Part shown: positions 26,650 to 38,560 of the stretch, piece after piece | Layout: the number at the start of each line of letters is the position of its first letter | Position numbering within the stretch: the stretch's first letter is position 1 | Notes under the pieces: generated by a model | Told to the model about the DNA's origin: nothing | What the model saw: only the letters and a program-made list of their open reading frames with translations | The model's database searches: none | NCBI RefSeq assembly: GCF_037042905.1 | Contig: NC_087245.1 | Span: forward strand, 32,180,001 to 32,244,000 | DNA length: 64,000 nt | From: Lytechinus pictus | Taxonomy: Eukaryota | Direction: 5' to 3' | Program-made: the position numbers and the translations under genes

Positions 26650-26740
26650 AAAAAAAAAAAAAAAAAAAACAGTCCGGCGGGTTCGAACCAGGGTCCTTGC
26701 ACACGCCAAAACAATGCGCTTACGCAATTCGCCATCGATC
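26650..26740 (-). ncRNA. tRNA-like Pol III cassette (A box, B box, T20 terminator); not a canonical tRNA
   Basis: Minus strand TGGCGAATTGCG (A-box-like) ... GGTTCGAACCC (B box, 26689-26679) ... GGACTG followed by 20 T; box spacing as in tRNA genes; acceptor and T stems do not pair cleanly. Confidence 0.55.
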
Positions 26741-27238
26741 TACTGCAATTCCAATCATTTTGCGATGGACATTGCCGTGGTTTTTTGTGGTTCCTGACTT
26801 TGCTACATCATGAAATTTCATAATTCTTTTTTAGTCGTAAAGAAGAATGTCTACGCTTTATATTGATTATAATATCAATTTGACGCAAGTGTAATTTCGG
26901 TGCAAAAATGCGCTCTGTTTATTCACATATATTTCTTGAAAAAAATCATTTTTTCTAAGCTAAATATCGGTCTTCAAAATACATTAAATGTGCATTTTAT
27001 TTAGCTGATCAGAAATTTCAAAGTTTTATCTATAAAATAAGACAAATTTTGTGAGGAATAAACGATTCTAAGAGCAAAAAACACCGATCGGAAAGTTCGT
27101 CTTCACAGCTCATTACGTATGCATAACCACGGACGGCTATGCATAGCGCTGAATAAAATAGAGCACTTTCGGACGGGCTGCGGACTGACTGAAATATCTT
27201 TTGTTAGGAATCTGAAGCCCATTTGCCCACCATGTTAA

Positions 27239-27819
27239 TTAAAGGACAAATCCATCCCAACAAAAAGTTGACTTTAATTAAAAAAAGCAATATCCGACAA
27301 GCATAACACTGAAAACTTCATCAAAATCGGATGTAAAATAAGAAAGTTATGACATTTTCAAATTTCGCTTATTTTCACAATATCCTGGTCGGTATGCAAA
27401 TGAGGGGACTGATGACGTCACCCACTCACTATTTCTTTTGTATTTTATTATATGAAATATTCTAATTATCTCCTCATTGTCAAGTCAAACAACGATTAAT
27501 TCCTCCCTGAACCTGTGGAATTAGCATTGATTAATACTATATGGTTCAGTCAAGTTGGTCCTTATTGTCAAATCTGTGGAAAATGAAATATTGTATAATT
27601 CAAACAATAAAAACAAAAGAAATAGTGAGTGATGGACATCATCAACTGTCTCATTTGCATGTTGTGCATATCACTGTTTGTGAAAAATAAGCGATCCTTT
27701 AAAATGTCATAACTTTCTTATTTTAAGTCCAATTTTGATGAAATTTTCAGCGTTATGCTAGTTTGATTTTTCTCTATTTATTCAAATCAACATTTTTCTG
27801 GGGTGGACTTGACCTTTAA
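27239..27819. mobile_element. Kolobok-like MITE with long (about 130-bp) TIRs, TTAA TSD
   Basis: TTAA|AGGACAAATCCATCCCA...AAAATAAGAAAGTTATGACATTTT and AAAATGTCATAACTTTCTTATTTT...TGGGGTGGACTTGACCT|TTAA. Confidence 0.9.
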
Positions 27820-27925
27820 GTATTGACACTATATTATAGGGGCTTGCCTGTGATACAAGCTTGGCTTTTTGGGGCTTGTCCCTCTGTTCTGTTCCATTTA
27901 CTTTTTAAAAGCCAAAATCATTAGT

Positions 27926-28102
27926 CATTAGCGTACCTAAGGGGGGGCAGTCTGCCCCCCCCTGACGAGTCGCAACACATGCAAGGGACATATCCCTGCC
28001 CCCCCTGACGAGCCACAAGTGGCCCCCTCCTTTAAGCATGAAGACCTTTTTTTTTTTTGGAAGAATTTGCCCCCCCTTTGGAAAATCTTAGGTACGCCAC
28101 TG
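27926..28102. mobile_element. hAT-like MITE
   Basis: CATTAGCGTACCTAAG / CTTAGGTACGCCACTG termini and poly-C interior; TSD not clear. Confidence 0.7.
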
Positions 28103-29414
28103 ATTACAGTTTACCTCAGGATCTGTTTACCATTTCTTATATTTTTCATGTACTATTATTGAATTGTTTTTAATATTTTGAAAATGTACTGTTACTTTGA
28201 TTGTATTTTGTTGAATGAAAATGAATAAAAATCTATTCAATCTAATCTATCTAAGCATAAAACAGCTCAAAAATAAAAACAGCTACACATCTAATGATAT
28301 AACATATTACCAAAGGTATCAAACTACAACGTTACCTGACAGGTCAAGTAAACGCCAACCAAAAGATTTACTGAATCATTTAAAAAAGGTCAACAAGCAT
28401 AACACTGTTCTTTTCACTGAAATCATATGTAAAAAATTAAACAGTAACAGCATGTTTAAGTTTTGCATACACAAAACAGTGATTATGTCCAGAAAGAACT
28501 GTCTGGTGAAAATAAACAAAACTTGAAAATGTCATATCCTTTTTATTTGACATGTGACTTTGATTAAATGTTCAATGCTGTACTTATTTGATTTATTGTT
28601 TGAATCGACTTGGTCTTAAACTGAGTGATAAAATAGTCTGGATGGGTATAAGGATTCACTGGCGAATAATTGTCAGAAACCCAAAGTAATAATACTGTGC
28701 TGAAAAAATATATAATCACAGGTTCTTTTATAAACTGTTTGTTGTTTTAAAAAATGCTGCAATTAAGGTAGGTAACATCAGGATTTGAAATATACTGATT
28801 TTCATACCATTAATGCATACTTTTATTATTTTCCACATAGATTTTTAGCAAAATTGTCAAAGTTCCTTGAGATTCAAGAGAAAACTTTGGGCTTCTATTA
28901 ATAGTTTTGCGCTTCATATTCCATTTGTGCATAACATCCGTTTCCATTCATGAAATAACCCCCTCCACTAGAATTCGGCAATATTATAAAAGTGAAGTTT
29001 GCTGTACAAACCCTTCACACGAAGAAAGTGGTCTGAATATGTGGCCTAAGGTCCCTGCCAATGACTTGCATAGTCACAAGTACACAAGGTCCCTCTCATT
29101 TCCAGCAAGTTGTATTTGTGCTAGTCTTGTGTGAAGACCGACTTGTTGATCAAAGTTTCATTCAGGGTCTGTGCCTGCAGACTATTGAAACTTCTGGATG
29201 CCCCGCATTAAATTTTGTTTCCACAAGTAGATGTATTCTCAAAATAATCTTTTGACGCTTGAATTACTTCATAATCCAGAATGCACTCTCCTGAAGACAA
29301 AAATCGATCACCCAAGGACTTTGGTATGGATTGAGGGCAGGACGTTTGTACTATTGACATCCATGATAGCATTGAGTCTACTAAGAAAAACAGATTTTGC
29401 TTTAGATGATCAGG

Positions 29415-29625
29415 GAGTGACACAACAATTCCTCCAACGATAATTGCCCCTGGCTTTATTTTATCTAAGATATACGGTTAGTTTTGGTGTTGCAATAGGG
29501 TTTTATGTTAGGTTTAAGGTTAGGTTTAGGATAGTAGTGTTAATTCCAGGGTTGAAGTTGGTCATTCAATTAGTGTATGGAATTTAAAGTGGAGCAATTG
29601 TCACCCGACCATGTGTCATGGTACC
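29415..29625. mobile_element. Decayed MITE with TTAGG-like interior
   Basis: ACAATTCCTCC..ATAATTGCCCC vs GGAGCAATTGTC..ATGTGTCA imperfect TIRs; interior GTTAGGTTTAAGGTTAGG. Confidence 0.55.
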
Positions 29626-29628
29626 AAT

Positions 29629-30204
29629 CTGAGACCTGTTTAATTAAGAGCAACAAGAATTGTAACTTTGGGCCTTTTCATAAGTGAATCTTGAATCATC
29701 ATTGTAATGATGATTGCAAATTGAATTCAAATTCCCGAGCAAAGGCGGTATGTGTCCTTGGCTACTTGTCAATCAAAGCACTGCATCGATACAATGAGTG
29801 CATGACAATTGTATTATCTACAGACGTGCTTGAGAGGACACGAAAGCTCCGCCCAAAAAGATGTTTTGGGGGTCAAGCCTTTCACACGTAAAATTCATAC
29901 CGTAATTTGAGTGAAACTTATCTGGAATTCACCTCCGTAGTAGAATTTGAATTCGTGAATGTGATTAGCGTTCGTGATTCTAGTTTGGTTTCACACGTGC
30001 TAAATATTTGTCATTTAGCCTTATTTTTCACTGGAATCATCATTCAAATTACGATTTTATTACCATTTGAAAGGGCGGTTTGTCATTATGGCAACTACAA
30101 CGGTAACATAGCTCAGCAGCCAATCACAATCAAGGTTTTCATTCTAGTTTCAATAATGGCAAAGTTACCATAGTTCTTATGAAAGTCATTATGCAATTGG
30201 CCCC
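29629..30204. mobile_element. Harbinger-like MITE (family of 61369-61524) interrupted by a second TIR element (29670-30078, TTT flanks)
   Basis: Removing 29670-30081 rejoins TTGTAACTTT|GTCATTATGGCAACTAC...CAGCAGCCAATCA..ATCAAGGTT, matching the 61369 element. Insert termini GGGCCTTTTCA / TGAAAGGGCGG. Confidence 0.75.
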
Positions 30205-30299
30205 GACAGCTTATTGTTGAAAGAATTTCGTTTGAACGTTACATGTAGTTACATGGTTAATCTACAGTTATTTGCGATATAAGCAAGTAAAAAATTAAT

Positions 30300-30426
30300 T
30301 GTCAGTGCAGGAATGCCCTTAGCACCACACTTCCTTGCGACTCACTGGTGCAGGAACGCCCTTACACAATGCCCTTATGCGCGCTACTAGGGACATTGTG
30401 GTGCTAAGGGCGTTCCTGCACCGACA
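30300..30426. mobile_element. 127-bp MITE with TGT...ACA ends and 30-bp TIRs
   Basis: TGTCAGTGCAGGAATGCCCTTAGCACCACA / TGTGGTGCTAAGGGCGTTCCTGCACCGACA; internal third partial copy GTGCAGGAACGCCCTTA. Confidence 0.8.
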
Positions 30427-30788
30427 CAACAAAATTTAGCCAAGATTTATATTGTTTTCACTTTCAGCTTCACAATGTCATTATAAATATAGTAATTCCG
30501 ACCATGTAGTGACAGATTTTTCTTTTTAAAATAAGCATATATTTTACATTTCAGAATCATCTTTTCCCTCTCCTTCACATTCCTATGTCAACTAACAATC
30601 ATTTGATGAATTGTGTACATACATTGCTAGATTATACTAAAACATGCCGGCAGTGGGAACGACCCCTCGTAAGATCAGACAAAGACGACTGTAATCAGAA
30701 TAAACATGGAAGGAAATGAAATATCTGTCAACATGTCTGCTCACATTTGAGTTCTCATATCACAAACGTCAAGAGTCAAGTACAGTTC

Positions 30789-31209
30789 ACTGACCATAGA
30801 GACTTTCTTTCCATCAGAAGCTGGAAACAAGAGCAAATATGAATATAAGTTTTAGCCATTTCAATGGTGTTTGAAGATACCATAAAACCAGAAACTGACC
30901 ACAAAGACAAATTTCTTTTCATCAGAAAATAGATACAAGAGCAAATATGAATATAAGTTCTGCCATTTCAATGGTATTTGAAGATACCATAAAACTGGAA
31001 ACTGACTGCAAAGACTTTCTTCCAATCTGAATCAGGAAACACAAGCAAATTTAAATGTATGTTTTAGTCATTTCAATGGTGTTTGAAGATACCACAAAAC
31101 CAGAAACTGACCACAAAGACGACTTTCTTTTCATCAGAAACCGGAAACAAGAGCAAATATGAATATTCTTCCATTTCAATGGTATTTGAAGATACCATAA
31201 AACCAGAAG
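30789..31209. repeat. Tandem repeat, 4 x about 105 bp
   Basis: ACTGAC starts at 30789, 30894, 31001 and 31106; CATTTCAATGGT(G/A)TTTGAAGATACCA is conserved in each unit. Confidence 0.9.
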
Positions 31210-31357
31210 CTTTAATGTGAACTATTCTACTTTCACTTCATGAGATTAGATTACTTCATTCAATTTTATTTGATTTGGCTTGTTTCCAATAAAATAGTAT
31301 TGACACTTTGATATGGCAAATCTCACAAAAAGATGCATCTAGGTTGACATAAGAGTT

Positions 31358-31457
31358 TGTTTCATAGGTAATTTGTTATATACCAGCTTGGCGTTTACCA
31401 GCAAAATGCTGTCCTGCTGAGTTCCTACGGGAGTTACCACAAACAGAAACAGAAACA
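31358..31457 (+). mobile_element. 5'-truncated copy of the tRNA-Met-like SINE
   Basis: Near-identical to 31623-31721 including the (ACAGAA)n tail. Confidence 0.85.
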
Positions 31458-31462
31458 TACAT

Positions 31463-31723
31463 GGGTCGTGTGGTCCAGTGGTTAGAGCATTGGACTCATA
31501 ATCGCAAGGTTGAGAGTTCGAATCCCAACTCTGCCATTGTCTCCACTTTGATAAAAAGGCCCGAGAGTGATATCTGTCGTCTATAACGTCAGCCACTATG
31601 ACTGATTAACTTAGACGTAAAATGTTTCATAGGTAATTGGTTATATACCAGCTTGGCGTTTACCAGCAAAATGCTGTCCTGCCGAGTTCCTACGGGAGTT
31701 ACCACAAACAGAAACAGAAACAG
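31463..31723 (+). mobile_element. tRNA-derived SINE (Met-like head), (ACAGAA)n tail
   Basis: A box TGGTCCAGTGG, anticodon-like CTCATAA, B box AGTTCGAATCC, then a non-tRNA body; homologue at 40816-41065. Confidence 0.9.
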
Positions 31724-31847
31724 TAATATGAAATTAGCATTGTTATTGGTCAAAACGCATCATATGACATTTAGATAGCAGTGGGCCTATATTTATTGCA
31801 TTTCAAAGGTTTCAGTCAAATACAAAACGCAGATATAATTATAAACA

Positions 31848-32117
31848 TAATAATACATAGCATTTATTAGGCGCCGATTATCTAGTCGCCTATTCAATGG
31901 CACACTATATATTACCCCGGCTCTAGCTCCTGCTGGTGAAGGCGCTTGGTGCATTCAAGGAATTAATCCTGTTGGGTACCCATTCACCACACCTGGGTTG
32001 AGTGCAGCACGATGTGGATAAATTTCTTGCTGAAGGAAACACGCCTTGGCTTGGATTCAAACCCACATCCCCCTGATTGAAAGACAAGAGTTGTAACCAC
32101 TAGACCACGACGCCCCC
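31848..32117 (-). mobile_element. tRNA-derived SINE with conserved central domain (CCCAGGTG..AATGGGTACC)
   Basis: Minus strand GGGGGCGTCGTGGTCTAGTGGTTA...GGTTTGAATCC...CCTTCAGCAAGAAATTTATCCACA..GTGCTGCACTCAACCCAGGTG; relative at 49975-50248. Confidence 0.85.
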
Positions 32118-32782
32118 ATCACGTGGAAGCACATAGGGACGTTATGACATAATGCGATATGCGCTATAAAAGAACTGCGTTATTATTATTGTAACACTGT
32201 ATATTTTGATTGTTGATATATATATATTTGTAGTTATAGTAGCGTTCGATGGCGTATTGAGACCAGTGTTACGAACGAAGAAAGATGACAAGTCACAAGA
32301 AGGCGATGATTATTCAGTTCCGATATATTTATTCACCCTTTCTTAATGGTAGAAAGGATGTAATAATGAAACACAATTGGAATATCGATGAGAAATATAC
32401 CACTGAAGAAATATGGATAACAATCATATAAAAGCTATAGTACTCCTTTTAAGTGGCCGTTGAATGGGCCAGGAGGACAAACTGTTTGATTTTATGCGGG
32501 GTGGAGCGGTAGCTCACTAACCCCAAAATCTCCCCGATAGGTTTTCTGCCCTCTGTATTTATACTTCGGACTTGATATCACAATCACAATGTTTTCCATT
32601 CTTCGACCAGTTGACTCATACCATTTCTGGATAAGAAGGAGATGGGTGTGTTTAGAAAGACCACAGAGAGAGAGAGAGTGGGAGAGAGAGACTGGGAGAG
32701 AGAAAGAGAGAACCAAGTATGAAGAGGAAACCTTGAGCCCTTAATGGTCATTTTATGGAAGCAACCTTGTGAGTGTCACATA

Positions 32783-33382
32783 GAGGCTGTTCACACCGCA
32801 AGGGGGGACCGTGGGCGGACCGTGGATCGCGCTATCGTAGCGCGATCCACGGTCCGCCCATTGGCATTCGCCGGATTCACACCGCAGTGAGATAGCGCGG
32901 TCTATCGTAGCACCCCCCTTTTTGAGAGGTCCTGTTGCCATGACGCGTGACGTCATGAGGTCAGAGCGGTCAAAGATTTCGCGCGCTATTACGAACCCGT
33001 ACTAGTTAGTTGAGAGCTCGATATCGCTGTGCCTATTATGCTAGCCGGCCTACGTTTATTTCATGGCGTTGTATACATTGTGCATGTATTTCTAATTTGA
33101 TTAATCTAGATTCTAGACTCTTGTATTTTAACTGTGTTTGATGACTTCCGGCGTGCTATCGTAGCTCGGGTTCACACCGGCAGAGATAGCGCGATCTAGC
33201 GCGCACTAGACCGCGCTATCTCTCGTGGACCACCCCCAAGAGGTGCTCCAGTGGCACGCCGTTTTGGCTCGCCGTGGCTCGCTGTTGGGCGGACCGAAAC
33301 AACGTTGTACCTTCCACACCGCAGAGATAGCGCGATCTAGCGCGCGCTAGATCGCGCTATCTCTGCCGGTCTGAACAGGCTC
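32783..33382. mobile_element. Young CpG-rich PIF/Harbinger-like MITE, ATA TSD
   Basis: TIR GAGGCTGTTCACACCG / CGGTCTGAACAGGCTC; ATA at 32780-32782 and 33383-33385; subterminal palindromes. Confidence 0.9.
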
Positions 33383-36263
33383 ATAGTGAACAGGTTGACA
33401 TAAACCATGCAGTATTGGGTTAGTGAACCCTTTCGATTACAGTTCAACTAATAGTTCTATATTTTAAAACATATATTGAATATTTCTACTCTTACATTAT
33501 GGTGAAGCATGTACCAGGTGTTGTAAAGGAATACAAAGGTATCTAATGAATTTAGACTACTAAAATATCATCCAAAAAATAATTATGACCTATGTCTGAC
33601 AAAATTAACTTCCAATATACAGTATAAACCCATGTTACATCACGTAAATCAGATTCGTTAAAAAAAAATTACAGAGGGCAACGCTGCAGTGTGTGAACAC
33701 TTTGGCTGTGTTCCAAAATAAGCTCAAATAATTCTACTTTAATCAGGCACCGACAAGTTCTAATTTAAACCACCTGAAACTGGTTACAACTTATATTGCC
33801 AGCCAGCTAGGATTTTTATGATAATAATTGGTGGCATATGCACCTGTGAATTGTGGGTAAGATTCACAGTCCTGCAGAAGAGAGAGGGTGAATAGTTTGA
33901 CGCACGGGGTATCGGTTTGTTGATAAAACTGGCAAGCAATATTACTTACACCTCTGTTGACAACGCAGGCAGCCCTGTACGCAAACCTTCGGTTATTATG
34001 ATTTCAATTTTGAAGTGCATCCAATGTGTGAGTACCATAACCGCTCATAATGGGCCACACGAATTGGTCGTAGATCCCCCCTAGGCAGGCTTGATATACA
34101 GCACTTTGCTGCCCATGTTTTCATCAAAATACAATGCATGCCATGTCAGGAGCTCATAATTCTATATTTGATCTTCCAAAATTGGTTTGGAGTGTTCGGA
34201 CTGCGCTGAAGCCAGCTTTGGATCCCATCGGAGAGAGATGTCTTTCTTTTATTTCAGTCACTCTGTTTTTACAAGAGAAACAAATCTGGTATATTCATCT
34301 TTGTCAACTTCAAATCAAATTTCTGTTTTTTGATCAAAATTCAATTCAAGCACATATTCTTGAGGAATATTGACATCTTGCTCATTGACATATCACAACA
34401 CTTTTTTCCATGTATCTCTAAAATACGAACAGCTTTTATTTATTCAATATCCTGCACTAGATATTTCAATTCTTTTATCACATGTGCCATTAAAAAAAAA
34501 CCTATCTATTTGGACTCATAGTCAATGCCACTCATCTTAGTACGGACACATTGCTATCAAATAATGTCATATATTTCAAAACTCTATTGCAAATATGCAA
34601 AAGATCATACCTAGTTTAACAGGGTTGTTGTGGAAAGCAGCTTTGAAACAGACAATGCCATCCTACATAAATAAAACTACAAATAAATGGCAAAATATCA
34701 AATGCATGTTATTATTACTATTCATAATTTCATTTGAGCAAGTGGGCACATCTAAGGTAGATCTGAACATGTTTTTTTTTTAAGATTTACATCTAGGGCT
34801 GTACTTACGGTTATGTTAATCACACAACACTAAATTAAGAAAGCTGTATACTTTTCACTGTTCATTTCTGCATTGTCCCAATACCACAATGTTCCCAGAG
34901 ACAATAACAAATTAAAGACCTAAATCTCATCTAATTTAAATTTTCAGAATACAAAACACTGTTGTATCATCCCTTCTAATCAAGCATTTTGCAACATTTA
35001 GGGCTATATAAAAAAATCTTGAAATATAAAGCATGCCTAAACAAGTGACTTTAACAATAAGAGGGAGATGGATAAATGATTGGATTGAATTGTTTTCTTC
35101 AAATTCAGCATTTTATCAACTCTTCACATACTGTAAGAGTCGCACATCTACAGGATTCATTGCAGTGCAAAATGGTGCCTGTTGAGGATTAATATTGCAA
35201 GTACGTGCCAAACCATCTCATCCAAACAGACTCCATCAACCTTTATACAGCCATCTATCCATACTGCACGTGTAGAAGGATAATTTGGTTGATTTTGGTC
35301 GCAAGACACCCGGGGAATATTCCAAAGTAATACGACTCTCGAAAACGATATCCACATATTTGTCCTGGAAAGAAATGCCCGGGCGATTTCCCATTGGACG
35401 TTGTCCACCGGTTTCTGAGGAAGCAACAGAGAAAGGCTCGGTGATCGTAGCCTGAGGGGGGGCACTATCACACCGACTCCTGGGATCTTGATTGGCATGG
35501 TCTCTTTGATTAGGACATATACTCCACGTCATATTCTCAATATTCTTATCCAATCTCAAATGGCTTCAAAGCAGGGCACACCAACATGCAGTCCTAAAAA
35601 AATATGTGTTGTTTCTTCTGATTAGATAGTCGAATTTCCTAGAGTCATCTCCATACAATCAGCAAAGTTTTTTTTTCAATCAGACAATCAGAAGATGCAA
35701 AAAAGCTTCACATTCTTTCATACAAAAGGAACTTGGCAATAGATTAATATCCAATTAGCTCCTTGTAATTAATGAGATAATACAGAATTTATGTGTGGAG
35801 TTTTTCATTTATTGAATTAGGATCAAGAATTTCTATTTATAACCTTTTCTAACGTTTGAAAAATTACTAAACTGAAAAAGAGGATTTTTTAACAAACTAA
35901 CGATGGCAGTAAGAAAATAGGTCTGGAAATGCAGAAACAACCAATTCAAAATGTGGTCGGCACCAATGATCATTGAATGATTTCTAACATAATCTCAAAA
36001 CATTAATACTAACATAATCTCACAACATTTTTCATACATGAAAAAATATTCTAATGAAAATAAGTTTTTGCTCAGAAATTAGCAAAAATACAAAAGCTAC
36101 TCTAGTCAATTGTTTCTAATTGTTTAAATTCTTTCTAAGCTGGGATCAAAGCACTGGCTGAGCCAAAAATGAGGGGGGTTGAGCATGTGAAAAAGACAAC
36201 AAAATAAGATGGTCATTTGTATGTTTTTGTACATGTTTATTGAAAAATAAATGTTCACTCCTA

Positions 36264-36513
36264 GGCCCCGTCTTACAATTGATCCAGTCAATCGTAACTC
36301 TATGGAAATCCATCAGTGTCATAATTTCATCTATAGGAAATTGGCACAATGTCCTTTGTAAGCAAAGAGAAGCACAGTGATTAAAAAACAAAAAACAATA
36401 CATGACATAGTTGGAAAATATTTTGAACAAACATGCATAATACATGTTGACGTTGCTGGCCGTCCATAGTTGCGATTGATCGGATCAATCGTAACTCTTT
36501 GTAAGACGGGGCC
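36264..36513. mobile_element. Harbinger-like MITE (TIR GGCCCCGTCTTACAA)
   Basis: GGCCCCGTCTTACAA / TTGTAAGACGGGGCC; homologue at 51880-52140. Confidence 0.85.
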
Positions 36514-37317
36514 CTGGTTCTTCTACCCCTGCTCTGCGGTCACCCGTGTTTGCCTTTAAGTTGCCTTGGAACAACACTAAGTGAGGCATCACTAAGGAGA
36601 TACATTCATTTCACAGTAGGGGGGCAGGTCGTGACCTCCACGGTAGGTCATTTTCACAGCATGAGCTTCACACACAGGCTGTGAATCTCATTTCAGTCAG
36701 TATACATATGATCCCTGTCATGCATCATTCCTACCAAGACTGCCAGTGACGCACAATAATTTCTTTAATATAGATGTATTGTAAAAAATAATATATTTCT
36801 CATATTATGTCCATGTCTGGAAAAATATATTATGTGATACTGATATATGAAAAAATAATGATATATTATTAAATTGACTGTTTATTTATTCAATAGGTTT
36901 GCTAATTGAAAATGGTCGGGTGTAGTATTCAATTATGAATTCAAAAATTTATTCCAATTCACAAAAAAAGGTAAAATAAATATTGATAGCCATCTCAGTA
37001 AGATATCAATACATTGATTTACCGATAAAATTTCACAATTTCCTCATTTCGAATGGGGTTTATCCTAGTATAATAGAAACGATGAATCATAGTCATACGT
37101 TATATCAAATATCAGGGGGAGGTTGACATTTTTGGTATTTGCCATTCGTTATTAGCTCCATGCTCCAATTTAGGATAACATGCAGTGGAAAGAAAGAAGA
37201 AATGAAAGACTATTTTTGCCATCATGAGACCTAACAGCGAACTCAAAGAGATAATGTGGAAATTCACATGTACGTGCTATTGTCTTAAACTTTAGACATT
37301 TTCACAAATGTGTGACT

Positions 37318-37536
37318 CATTGGCGTATCCAGGGGGAGGCAGAGCTGGCCCGTGCCCCCCCCCCCTCCTTTGAGAGGCACAATCAAAATTTGTAATGAAA
37401 AATGCTGTTAAAACAGAAGTGTGCCCCTCCTTTTGAGAGTGAAGACCTTTTTCTTTTCTTTTTTCTGCTGCTTTTCAAATTTTTCCTCTGGAAAATGTGC
37501 CCCCCCCCCTTTTGGAAAATCCTGGATCGGCCCCTG
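37318..37536. mobile_element. hAT-like MITE with 8-bp TSD
   Basis: CATTGGCGTATCCAGG / CCTGGATCGGCCCCTG; GTGTGACT and GTGTGACA flanks (7/8 match). Confidence 0.8.
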
Positions 37537-38414
37537 GTGTGACAAATAAATCAATCAAATAGTTGTGACATAATATTTCAGAGATGCTTTCAATATAGCA
37601 AATTTTTTTTGTATCATATTGTTTTAAAGGTAGAAATGAATATTCATGACTTTTAATTGGCAGAAGTACTAAAAGACATCTCAATTGGATAAACTTAGGT
37701 TTTTTTTAATTTTTCAATAAATGCAGAAGTGCAAATAGGGCATTTATGACTCTGGAAATTTATGCAAACATGTAGGAATTAACAGTTTGTTACACCATGT
37801 GTATATAATGATTATCATCAAGACAGAAATACAGAAGGTTCATTGGGACATCATGCTTCTATGCTTCCAAATGAGTTTTGAAAGGTATTTTAAGATGTCA
37901 CGGGGGTATAGCTTGTGACAAGGTATGCGGACAATGCCGATAAGGCGCATCAAGACTGTTTAGACGACACTAATCGTGACATTTAGATTGATCGTGTGGG
38001 ATGGTTTGGTGAATGTTTCACATGGGTTAACTGCTAAGTCAGCGCCCTCGAATGCATGTTGTCCCATCTGCTGGGATAAATGCTGGCACTTCCAATGTCG
38101 TAATGGCTCATTTTCTTAAAGGTTGGGTTTACATTAAATGGATGAGAAATAGAGAAAATGTATGCTACATTGGGCACAAGAGGAGACAGTTGTATGACTA
38201 TCATAAAGGGCAATGCCCTAGGCAAAGTTTGAATGTGATGACAGCGAAAGATCCCACTCTACCCCCTCTACCTCTTTTTGGAAAACTGATTGTAGATTTA
38301 TGACAAAGATTTTGAAAATACTATGTCCTAAAGATATATATTTTTTCAAAATGTAAGCCAATTTGTTAATTTCAAATTAATGGTACATATTTATCTAAAA
38401 TTCCTAATATATAC

Positions 38415-38560
38415 CTGATAATGACAATAATGATATTGATGATGATTATTATGATCGCGGTGATGATGATGACGATGATAATGATGTCAGCAAAAGTAGT
38501 AATGATGTTATAATCATAATAACAATGAAGCTAATTATAATGACAATAATATCATAACAG
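38415..38560. repeat. Degenerate (GAT/AAT)n microsatellite
   Basis: GATGATGAT/AATAAT runs. Confidence 0.8.

Larger units (their letters stand above)
23949..27191. mobile_element. 3.24-kb non-autonomous TIR transposon, CAG...CTG ends, 4-bp AAAT TSD (Sola1-like)
   Basis: Left end CAGTCAGACCGCAGCTCGCACGATAATG...TTTATTCAGCG vs reverse complement of right end CAGTCAGTCCGCAGCCCGTCCGAAAGTG...TTTATTCAGCG; AAAT at 23945-23948 and 27192-27195. Confidence 0.75.

Noticed and set aside
30789..31209. Regular array as CRISPR or coding repeat
   Set aside because: Whole units are homologous with no unique spacers, and there is no sustained ORF.
31463..31535. tRNA-Met gene
   Set aside because: The acceptor stem does not close and the sequence continues into a shared SINE body and tail.
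32229..32400. Possible solo LTR end (TGTTACG...TTTATT)
   Set aside because: No partner end or TSD could be located.
35157..35559. Overlapping 113-aa and 107-aa ORFs
   Set aside because: No recognisable protein motif; explained by locally higher GC.
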